From positions 744,001 to 808,000 of the forward strand of contig OX337228.1 of assembly GCA_946965045.2 (NCBI GenBank): DNA of 64,000 bases. The letters run 5' to 3'. The number at the start of each line of letters is the position of its first letter. Position 1 is the stretch's first letter. The position numbers and the translations under genes were made by a program. This DNA comes from Epithemia pelagica. Its lineage: Eukaryota; Protista; Bacillariophyta. Positions 11,200 through 20,649 of the stretch are shown here, in pieces. Below the pieces are notes generated by a model. The model was not told the origin of the DNA. It made no database searches and worked only from the letters and a program-made list of their open reading frames with translations.

Positions 11200-11498
11200 T
11201 GTTGAGTAGAGTGTCGTAGCCGTCAGCTTTGCCCACTATACTGTAAAGTCGAAAATGATCCTAATTTACTGGCTTGATTGTTTCCAAAGAATGAGCTCTA
11301 GACTCATTTGTTGGCAATTTGTTCGCCTTTCCTCTTCTGACTACGTCAGCGAATGTCACGCGTGCGGGGCTCGTCCTGCTCGCTTTATTCTCCATAATAT
11401 TCTTCATTGTCTTTGGTCTTGCTTGCATTGTCTTTGGTCTTACTTCGTCAGGCGTTCCCGCGTCGCAGTGTTTTCTTTCTTGCTCATTATTTCCAACA
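11200..11498 (-). repeat. 5' LTR of element 2 (299 bp)
   Basis: Direct repeat of 5206-5504, followed on + by the TSD GCAGG. Confidence 0.98.
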
Positions 11499-12794
11499 GC
11501 AGGTACACCAAAGTGCTTTCTTGTCTCTCGAATCCTCTCGTTCTTCATGACGGATCCGGAGATTTGCAAGATGTACGACCTGTTACAAACAAACATGTGA
11601 CGTTTTCGTTTTGCTGACATTCCCACGAGTTTCAATGTGTGAGCGGTTCACACTCATGTATGACGATTCCCACGATATCACGCTTGTTCTTGTCTCGAGC
11701 AAGTAGCGTCGTTCTTTGACCCAGCCCCCTCTGTCTCTTTTTACAAGACACCACCATGGACAACAATTCCACGACTTTGAAAACAACAGCGATACAGTCT
11801 TGTGGACAGACTACTGGTATCTTACATCTTTAATGTTGTTGGTTCAGACAACACTGATATCTCGAGACTCTCGAGACTCTCGAAACTCTCGAAACTCGAA
11901 ACCCGAAACCCTGTTTCGCTTCTAATGGAGAACAACAGCTTTTCGACCCCCAAGAAACTGTTTCTCTCTTCCATGGACACTGCCCACGATACTTTACTTT
12001 GCCATCTCTTCTTCTTCTACTACTTTCTTCTGGACAATGAATTGGTCCCTCCCACAATGGACACAAATTCCCACGAAACAACAGGCACAGTTGTACCACA
12101 CTCGCATTGCATTTTTCACGGTCGTTGCCGTGACAACAAATGTTGTATGAGTATGGACTTCTATTCTCTCCATCGTGTGTGTTGCTGGTTGTTCGATATC
12201 CTCCCCCTATCCCACCACACGATCCGACAGTTGAATGGTTCGTTTCACGTCTCAACGACAATTCACTGTTTCCTCCTTCCTGAGTTTCCCCATCACACTG
12301 TCCTGGCAATACACATAGTTTTTGTTCTAAAAACACTACTACTACCTAGTAACCCCGCAACTTCTTGGTTTCGTTGTCTCTTGCTAGACTACTTTGGTGT
12401 CACTGGCATGTTTGTCCCCCCAAAAATCGGATTGACCAGCGACACTTTCCTTCCAGAACGATTGTTTGGACAATCTCGTTCGAATTGCGCAGCCCTGTCC
12501 AGCATAGCACAACAACAACCCGTCTTGGGCAGAGACCAAAAAACAACCACGACTGTTTGAAGGTCGTTCTATTTGCTGCGTTTTCGGGACATGGACCTTG
12601 ATGGAAACGGAACGGCCATGGATCTCCTTAGGGAGGAACAAAACCGATGGATGACTACTATTGTAGGAATAGTCTATCTCCTCCGATTGTGCTCGTAGAG
12701 AGCCTAGCATATTCCAATAAATCATACGATTCTTCGAAGTACTCGGTGGTGAGAATGACTGGGGCGCGTCCCAGTTCTCATTTGGACTGCAACC

Positions 12795-12901
12795 TACCCC
12801 CAAGCATGGGGTGAGTCCAATCACGCGTGATTGAATGCACTTCGTGCATTCGTCTACTCACCCCCACGGCTCGACCTGGTCTCTCTCGACTCAGATACAA
12901 A
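12795..12901 (+). repeat. Left TIR of the Pack-type element
   Basis: Shares blocks TACCCCCAAGCATGGGG, GTGCATTC, TCACCCCCACGGCTCGA and TCTCGACTC.GATACAAA with the reverse complement of 15223-15332; internally palindromic. Confidence 0.85.
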
Positions 12902-12966
12902 ATTCATGCAACACACCCTCATTCATCACGGTGGTGGAGGTGCAGTGGTCCAGAACATCTTCTTTA

Positions 12967-13933
12967 ATGTCGTCTTCCTCCCACAAACGGCACCGCCTCA
13001 CTCAGAAGGAAGTAAGGGAGCTATTTGACGCCCGCAGTGTTTCCGAAAGGTCGACGGCGTCTGTTAACAACCAAGATGAAAGCATCGCCAAAAACCAAAC
13101 CACCACCCCATCCACCAGCAACAACAATCCTTCGTCTCTGCCTCGTTTCGCTTCCTTTCCCACGGTCGATCCGCAAGCCTATTAGAACCCCTATGGCGCA
13201 GAAGGATCCATTGGCCCATCCAAGTCACACTGTCCACCAATACCACCTCCAACGTGTTGATTTCTTCGGTCCACGTGTACCCGCTTCCTCAATTCTTTGT
13301 CAATCTGTCGGTATTGGACGATGATTTGGACGTGAAGGAACTCGAACGAAAACTACAATTGGCAACGAGTTCCTACCTAGAGCTGTCCTTTCAAGAAATT
13401 GACTCCCTTTTTCGCAAGGAAAATGAGGAACGATTTGATCCGGTGCAAATCACATTTGATCGTTTTGATCGAGCCTTTCAAGGAACCGAAAGCAATACTG
13501 ATCCAAATTTCCATAACATTCCAACCTCTTTGATTTGGCCTCCATTCAAGGGTATTTAAGGTTTGTTACGGACGTGACCAATCACCAGCATGAGGTTTCA
13601 CAAAAGGAAGTTCAACGCATTGAAACCATTATTCAAACGACTCTTCGTTTTGCCTTTGAAGATCCCATCGACCGTCTGTTGCCTTGGTACCATGATCACG
13701 ATCCAGTGCTTCTTCGAGTAGTGGAGCAAGTCCAAGTCACTGTGGAGGATGTACCCATATTACTTGAGAAAAAGGGTACTGCTACAAACGACAGCGAGTC
13801 TTCGTGTCTCAAGGAACAAGAAGACTACCTGTTTTACGTTGCCATTGGCGTTGCCTTTTTCCTCACGGCAACTGGAATATGTGTCATTTTTGGAGCTTGT
13901 CAAGTACGGACCGTCATGAGGGGCATCCAATAA
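12967..13933 (+). pseudogene. Captured, interrupted gene fragment(s); the C-terminal part looks like a single-pass membrane protein
   Basis: ATG at 12967 (MSSSSHKRHRL...), followed by stop- and frame-broken ORFs 13254-13559 and 13535-13933 ending in a hydrophobic helix (YLFYVAIGVAFFLTATGICVIF). Confidence 0.5.
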
Positions 13934-14854
13934 ATGGCCGTTTGGGCCGTGTATTCGGGCAAGTGATACAAGGTGTGCAAGAGTGCTTTCAATGACTCAA
14001 TCAGGGGTGTATGCAAAATGGCATGGACCATTGCCGACAGGAGGGCCTGGACTTGGGTCACGGGCCACTTGGCTTCTCCATCGCTGTCATCAGTTTCATC
14101 TTGTGGAATGCGGGTATGCGCCGTACTGGTCGTCGGAGCAGATGATTCTGCACCGTAGCAAATGACGTCGGCCGTTCGAATGACTCGTGAACCTTCCCAT
14201 AGATCTGTGAGCTCCCGACGTCGCCAACCAATCAAGAGGACCATTCCCAAACAGCAGGGGACCAAGTACAAAAGTGCCGGTTGGCCCATATCCATCCAGT
14301 ACACAGCAGCATTTGCCATGGACAGTCCAACAGCATAGGCAAATGACACGAGGCAAAAAGTAGCCACCGTTCCAGCAAGTACTTCCGCAATATTTTTGTT
14401 CGGGACAGGGATAGGACCGTCCCAACGATCCATTGCCACCACCCATGACACCCAAAAAGCTCTTGGCTGAATCAAAGCGTGCAGCAAAACTGATCAGTAA
14501 TCCGGGCACGACAATGTCGCCGATACCCAAAAGGTTGGACCCGCCACGATAGTCGGCAATGTGCGGTATGGTGAACAGCATTGGTAGGGGATTCCCCCGT
14601 TGTCGGCAATAGAGGGGATCTTTGTGGTACTTTTCACACCAGTCTGGATCGGGAGGAGGACCTCCACTGGTACCAACAACCAGCATTACGCTGTTCTTGA
14701 ATATAAGAGGACTGACAAAGACAAAGAATATATCGTAGAAAAAAGCACTGTGACGAGGCAAACAATAGGACAAAAGACATGGTCCGAGAGGACTTGGCAG
14801 AGTAGGACGTCTCTCTGCGACAAGCAATACGTACTGCAGGCATCGACTTGCCAT
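13900..14854 (-). pseudogene. Captured C-terminal half of a signal peptide peptidase-like (A22B) intramembrane protease, frameshifted
   Basis: FFYDIFFVF (YD), LGIGDIVVPG (GxGD) and GQPALLYLVP (PAL) motifs split over two frames (shift near 14350); the N-terminal half is absent. Confidence 0.88.
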
Positions 14855-15222
14855 GCCCGGGCCGTCTTTCTATGCCATCCTCTGAATACTGAGTTGATTG
14901 ACGTTCGAGTAGAGGAAGCCCACAGGCCTTATTGGTAGTTGAAAGAGGAGTGGCCGGAGGGTTTCGGTTGTGGCAAAAAAAGGATGCTTGACGTTTTACG
15001 ACAGGGTCATCTGGTTTGTTGTTTTTACTTTGTTGAAGGCTTGAATTGAGAGTGTCTTGGTCCAATGAGTAGAGGCTTTGGAGAGCCGGCGCCTTCGTAG
15101 AGTCATCGTGGGTAGTATTGGTGAGAGCCTTGTGGTCGGGGTTGGAGGTGCGGGTAGCCATGATGGATGTAATCGTCCTCACTAGTTTGCCTCCGTGGTG
15201 GCTCTGTGGAGGTGAAATGCAG

Positions 15223-15332
15223 TTTGTATCAGAGTCGAGAAATTGGCGATTTGGGGCCCTCGAGCCGTGGGGGTGACTAAGGGAATGCACTTAAAAAGTG
15301 CGACTGACCGGGTCGCCCCATGCTTGGGGGTA
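15223..15332 (-). repeat. Right TIR of the Pack-type element
   Basis: Inverted counterpart of 12795-12901. Confidence 0.85.
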
Positions 15333-16111
15333 GACTGCAACCATGGACATTGGAAGCTTCAATTTCTGGTTGGGTTCATCAAAAAGGGACATTTGAGAGT
15401 ATAGCCCTATCCGACCGTTGGGCGCATTCACCGGCCCAGGGCATATGCCTCTTTGCCGTTAGAACTATCCAGCGCCTGATATCAACAGATCATAAGACTT
15501 TGTGACTACTTTTCCCCCGGAAACCGATAGAGAGTTTGAACAGGACGTCCTGTCAGTCGTGCGACGTCCCGCGGGTTTCTGACACCGTCTCCGCATCCCC
15601 CCATCGGGGGTCGCCAAAAAACGAAAAACACGTGCGCTGCCAGCCTGCCTGCCGTGACGTACGTGCGCGTTGAAAGGGATCCTGAAGTCACTCTTGTAGA
15701 GTGCGAGCGAGCAGACTCGTTTGAGAGCCGTTGGCGACTGGTCGTGATCTTGGTGATCCTGGAACAGCTTTTCCAGACTATGGTCCACGAAGTACTACGT
15801 TTACGACCGGGATGACTCTGGAACAGTGTATGAACCGCACTCTACCATAATAAAGAGGTGCGTCGGCCGACTTTGGGGCTGCGTGTTGTGATTTGTGATT
15901 TGGCCATTTTTGGGGAACCTCGTCATCTTCTCCTCTCCGTTTGTTGTGTTACGATCTCTCTCAACTCTCAACTCTCTAAGCCGATGAGAAGAGACGATTG
16001 CATTCCGTATTCGTTTCTATCGTGGTAGTAGAAGACAAAACGAGACACACTACAAGACAGTTTGCTCGTACGAGTTATCAAGGAATCCCTCAATCTGCAA
16101 ACGACAACAAC

Positions 16112-18169
16112 ATGGGTCGTAATTCTAGCAGCATTGTCCATCCAGTGGAATGGGATGAAGTTCGGGTACCTGAAGGAGAAGAAGTAGTGGAAGAAGACGT
16201 TGATTTCGAGGACAATGACGACGACAATACCCCGCACGAACAATGGCCGTGCGTCGAACTCTTGTCGCAGTATCAATCCAATCGAACGTCTCAGTCTCAT
16301 CGCCAACTCTTGTTTCTCGACTCGATGGAATTGTCCACGGCCGTTTTGAAACAATGGCGAACGGACATTCAACAATTTCCCGAATCGCAACGACCTCGTG
16401 AATTGTGTTTGGAACAGGTTCAATTCAAACACAATGTCGAACTCCATCATGTCACGCGGTTTCTGACCGTCTGTCAGGAATTGCAAGCCATTTTGTTGCT
16501 GGGGGATCGGGAAGCGCGATATCCCTATCCTCACGATTCCCTCGAACCCTACAGTTTGTTGCTACAAACCTTGAATCCACGACGGCCCTTTGTCAGTCCC
16601 TGTCCACCCCTGTCACCGACCAAGTGTCAAATTCAATCCCTCTGTTTGTCACGCTTGCGATTGCAAGGACAAGTCATGGGACAATTGCTCATTGGAGCCA
16701 TTTCGACTCATTTGAAGGAATTGCACATTTCGTCCTGCTACATGGATCTCGCCTTTGCGCAAGGCTTTGCCACCGCCTCGGCCAATACGACTGATATTAC
16801 CGCAACGGCCACAACCAGTACTGTTTCCAGTTTGGGAGTGACTACAGAACTAGCACCACCACAACAACAAGGACCGCAAAGTAAACATGCTACTTCAACT
16901 GCCAAAGACGAGACACATACGGACAATGTCAACAACAGCAATCGTCCTCGCGCCAATACCAACACGAGCAGTTCCTGTGGGACTTTGGTTTCCTCCGGTT
17001 GGACGGTGGCACCCTTGCATACCTTGGAAATTTCCAGTTGCAATGTCACGGATGCCATGATGCTGACCTTTGCTCAAGACAATGAATGGGACGAAAATTG
17101 TTTGCAAGTGTTGAGTCTCAAATTCAATGCCTTGACGGCCGCCTCCTTGTCACACGTGGCACATTTGGTGCGACAACACACGGCCAGTCTCCAACAGTTG
17201 TGCTTGGCGGGCAATGCCGACTTGTTTGTGTTGGAATCGTCCTGTACAGAGGAGGTAGTCTCACAGGAAGAACAACAACAACGACAAGACATTGACGAAC
17301 AGGAACACCTGCTCTCTGACATAGGTAGCAGTAGTAGTAGGATTGGATGGAGATCCTTCTTGCAGGCATTGGAATCCTTGACACGGCTGGAAAGCTTGGA
17401 TGTGAGTCATTGTCCCATGACGGTATCCATGGCGGCCGAACTCGTATTGAGTTTACCACCCTCTTGCAAGGAATTGAATTTGGATTATACGCACTTGTTT
17501 CAATCTACCAGTCACCACCACAATCGCGACGAACCATCAACTAGAATACTACCACCACCATCCGCCGACCAAATCAACTTACCACCCGGTGCACGGCAAT
17601 TCTTTGCCGCCCTCCACCACCAAACTCATGTGCAAGTGTTGCATTTGGAAGGCTGTAACATTACCAATGACAGCGTAGGTCCCCTGTTTCAAGCCTTGGA
17701 AACCACAAGAGTGGAGCGACTCCAATTGTCGGGGAATGAATTCACCACCGTCACACCGTGGGCCGGTAGTCTGCCCCGCCTCGAGACCTTGCGCGAATTG
17801 CAAGTGCCACCCGCCGTCGGCTCGGCCGACACTTGGTCCATGTGGTACGATTCCTTGTTAGAAACACGGAGTTTGACCGAATTGCGAGGGACAGTCTTTG
17901 GTCGCAATCCGGAATGGTCCGAAGCCATGGAGGCCATTTTGGAACGGAATCGCTCCAGTCGGAGCAACCGGCGGGCCTTTTCGTGGCGGCCTCATAGTCC
18001 CAAACGATCTTCCACCAAAACGAATACCAAAGCAGCAAGAACATCAGCCGCATCGCGAATTGGTTCGTCCTCCGTCTCAACGGCATCATCCATCTCCTCC
18101 ACTTCGACACGCCTCAAACAATGGTTGTTGGCCTGTTGGTTTAAAAACAATCTCCATCATGCCAATTAA
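16112..18169 (+). CDS. Leucine-rich repeat (RNI-like) protein, possibly N-myristoylated
   Basis: LxxLxLxxC/N repeats (LQVLSLKFNAL, LQQLCLAGNADL, LESLDVSHCPM, VQVLHLEGCNI, VERLQLSGNEF); first ATG at 16112 gives MGRNSS. Confidence 0.85.
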   Translation: MGRNSSSIVHPVEWDEVRVPEGEEVVEEDVDFEDNDDDNTPHEQWPCVELLSQYQSNRTSQSHRQLLFLDSMELSTAVLKQWRTDIQQFPESQRPRELCLEQVQFKHNVELHHVTRFLTVCQELQAILLLGDREARYPYPHDSLEPYSLLLQTLNPRRPFVSPCPPLSPTKCQIQSLCLSRLRLQGQVMGQLLIGAISTHLKELHISSCYMDLAFAQGFATASANTTDITATATTSTVSSLGVTTELAPPQQQGPQSKHATSTAKDETHTDNVNNSNRPRANTNTSSSCGTLVSSGWTVAPLHTLEISSCNVTDAMMLTFAQDNEWDENCLQVLSLKFNALTAASLSHVAHLVRQHTASLQQLCLAGNADLFVLESSCTEEVVSQEEQQQRQDIDEQEHLLSDIGSSSSRIGWRSFLQALESLTRLESLDVSHCPMTVSMAAELVLSLPPSCKELNLDYTHLFQSTSHHHNRDEPSTRILPPPSADQINLPPGARQFFAALHHQTHVQVLHLEGCNITNDSVGPLFQALETTRVERLQLSGNEFTTVTPWAGSLPRLETLRELQVPPAVGSADTWSMWYDSLLETRSLTELRGTVFGRNPEWSEAMEAILERNRSSRSNRRAFSWRPHSPKRSSTKTNTKAARTSAASRIGSSSVSTASSISSTSTRLKQWLLACWFKNNLHHAN

Positions 18170-18703
18170 ATTGGTACGATGATTTCCACTACAACCAAAT
18201 GAAGGAGACCTCGCACACACACACGCTATATAGTTCGTCTCAGTTTTGCATCTACAATACCCGAACGCGCACATCTCTGTCCGTATAGAGCATACTAGTA
18301 TAAACGAAATTTCGGTCCTTGATTTTCAGTGGAGGGTAGAGGCTTGTTCATCCAGTGACAAGTTGTGTGGAATTAGTCTACCTTCGTGTGGATTGTCATT
18401 GCGGTGACCTCATGGTAAGCGCAAGTGTCTAGCGATCTATTCCTCTACTCTACTCCTCGTCAACTGTACTCCCCGAAAAGTAGGAGTAGCTCAACGCTAC
18501 TGAGTTTGGTTGAACTTCCCAACAACTTCAAGCGAGAGGGATTGTGTGAGTACTTTTTGTACCTATAGTGAACATTACGCGTAACATAAAAATCTATATG
18601 GGTAGAAGGCAATCGATTTTTCTTTCGTGGTGCGTCCACGGCAATGGATCTGTTCCGCTCACAAATAATTGCAATCCAAAAACCAAAACCAACCAAACAC
18701 AAC

Positions 18704-19633
18704 ATGTACTTCATCAAATCACTTTCTTCTGTGCTCCTGACTACTTTGATGTACCGCGGTACGAACGGCTTCCTCAAGGGATCGTCCTCCTCATCGTTTT
18801 CCAAAGGCAAAGACACGAAAGGACGCGGCTTGTCGGAATCGTTCACGGCCGATGCGTCCGTCAAGGTCCTAGACAGCAGTGATTGTGGAATTGAGTTGGG
18901 CAGCGGTTATGAGGACAAATTCATCGTCTTGGGAGAAAGCATGAACTGTGACAATGACAGCTTAAGGGGCATAGGCGTTGCCATTACTATTTCCGCACCA
19001 GGAATGACCTTGGATTGCAAGGACTTTAATATTCAAAAGCCCGCAGACAATCAAGCTACCAATACAGGAGTGGGAATCCGTGTGGTTGCTGATAATATCT
19101 TTCTCAAAAACTGCGATATTTCCGGTTTCGAGGACGGAATCCACTTGGGTCAACATGGCACGATCTCCTACAAAAGTATCCACCTTTCCAACATCAACTC
19201 GCACGACAACACCCAGGATGGCCTAAATGTGCGCAGCAGTTTCACGGACGTGACAGTCGTCAACTCGCAATTCAATGACAATGACGCGAATGGATTTGAT
19301 GGTGCTGGAAACGATGTTGTCTCTCTGACCAATCTGTTTTTGTCCGCTGTTGAGGCCAATGGAAACGGGAACGATGGATTTGAACTTAAGAATATTCAGA
19401 AAGGACTTTTGATTGGCGTGACCGCCACTGGAAACACGGAGGATGGATTAGACTTGTCGCCAGACAATGGCCCATTGTCAATTCAGGCCTCGACGTTTTG
19501 TAAAAATGGAGAACAGAGCACTCTTGGAAACGATATTGATGGTTCGCAGTTTTCCGCCTTTTCGCATCATTCCATTACATGCGATACACAAGCCATTGGT
19601 ATTGACGACATTTGTGATTGCCCTTGTCCCTAG
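18704..19633 (+). CDS. Secreted right-handed parallel beta-helix (pectin-lyase-like fold) protein
   Basis: Hydrophobic N-terminus; TLDCKDFNI; repeated N..N..DG.. coils (NSHDNTQDGL, QFNDNDANGF, ANGNGNDGF, ATGNTEDGL); Cys-rich end; intronless. Confidence 0.8.
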   Translation: MYFIKSLSSVLLTTLMYRGTNGFLKGSSSSSFSKGKDTKGRGLSESFTADASVKVLDSSDCGIELGSGYEDKFIVLGESMNCDNDSLRGIGVAITISAPGMTLDCKDFNIQKPADNQATNTGVGIRVVADNIFLKNCDISGFEDGIHLGQHGTISYKSIHLSNINSHDNTQDGLNVRSSFTDVTVVNSQFNDNDANGFDGAGNDVVSLTNLFLSAVEANGNGNDGFELKNIQKGLLIGVTATGNTEDGLDLSPDNGPLSIQASTFCKNGEQSTLGNDIDGSQFSAFSHHSITCDTQAIGIDDICDCPCP

Positions 19634-20649
19634 CCAATCCCTCTAGTAACCATAATACCATCCCTTTCTTTGTGCACTGGCCACGTTGTATAGCACCCAC
19701 ACTAGTAGCATGTACGGCACACATACCCAGGCACATCAAATCCACAACAAGAGACCATCCGGGTATCGTGAAGAATGCAAAAGGCATGAGCAATCCTCGT
19801 TGTGGTGATGGTGTGGTTTGGCCGTTGTTGTGGACGGTATGTTTCTGTGGTTGGTCTTTGCAGGCCCTCGTGTGGCCGACATGCCGTGGTTTCAACACAG
19901 AGTGTGGCTCTTGGACGACGACTTCTTCTTGTTGTGGTCACACAGTGAGACGCAGCCAAAAGTCAATGGCAAACAATGACTGTATTGGTTGTTGGTTGTT
20001 GTGACCTGCAGTTCCACACGAATGTCATGAATCAGGATGAGGTTGAACTTTACAAAGCGGAAGGACCAAGAAGCGAGGAGTGCACATGGCCCTCGTCGAA
20101 TCCTTTCCGTTCATTGCGTTGGATGGATGGCTGTGTGCATACCATCGGTGGGTATACGACGGGGATCCTCATGGTCTGCTCCCAAAAGATGCACCGTATT
20201 CGGATATATGTGACGTACGCGCTTTACTCTCTATCGCGCGTAACGGTCAACTCAATGCAAATACCTTGACCTTATATACTTTGTAGACGTTAGGTTGTTA
20301 CGCGCGTGCCAGGTTCCGTGACAGACAGTCAGTGGATCGAACTGAGAACACAGAATTCCAAAATCACCATGGCCTCTCCTCTCCCATCGTGAAACGCACC
20401 TCTCGCGTTGTAGCACAGTGTGTGGGAATCATGATGGATATCGACCCAACTCATCTCTGACGGTTCCATTTCCAACAAGGCATCATGTACAAGTAGGGAG
20501 GATGGAGACCGTGTGGTTTTCCACACGAATCGGTTTCCAAACCCATCACGACGGAAGAGAGATGCCACTCCACGGATCGAACGAGATTGGAATGCGGCAC
20601 GATCTCATAATCCACAATCCTTGCCAAGCAGCAGCGAGACTCGAGTCGA

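Larger units (their letters stand above)
5206..11498 (-). mobile_element. Full-length Ty1/copia (CoDi-like) LTR retrotransposon 2
   Basis: Two 299-bp LTRs with TGTTG...CAACA ends; 5-bp TSD GCAGG at 5201-5205 and 11499-11503; gag-PR-IN-RT-RH on the minus strand; PPT GAGGAGCG abutting the 3' LTR. Confidence 0.98.
12795..15332. mobile_element. Non-autonomous TIR DNA transposon carrying host-gene fragments (Pack-MULE-like), 2538 bp
   Basis: Ends TACCCCCAAGCATGGGG...CCCCATGCTTGGGGGTA (17-bp perfect IR, with further conserved blocks over ~110 bp); perfect 10-bp direct repeat GACTGCAACC at 12785-12794 and 15333-15342; no transposase inside. Confidence 0.88.

Noticed and set aside
11860-11912. (TCTCGARAC)n tract as telomere-like or functional array
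   Set aside because: Short decaying 9-bp minisatellite, not TTAGGG-like, with no associated structure.
5178-13164. Cluster of TTCCCACG words (5178, 11620, 11667, 12068, 13157) matching the CSL/RBP-J site
   Set aside because: CSL factors are opisthokont proteins and the word is short; more likely a degenerate local repeat at the retrotransposon target region.
12795-15332. Terminal TA...TA read as a Tc1/mariner TA target duplication
   Set aside because: A perfect 10-bp direct repeat lies immediately outside the TA, and the related MITE also has a 10-bp TSD, so the TA belongs to the TIR.
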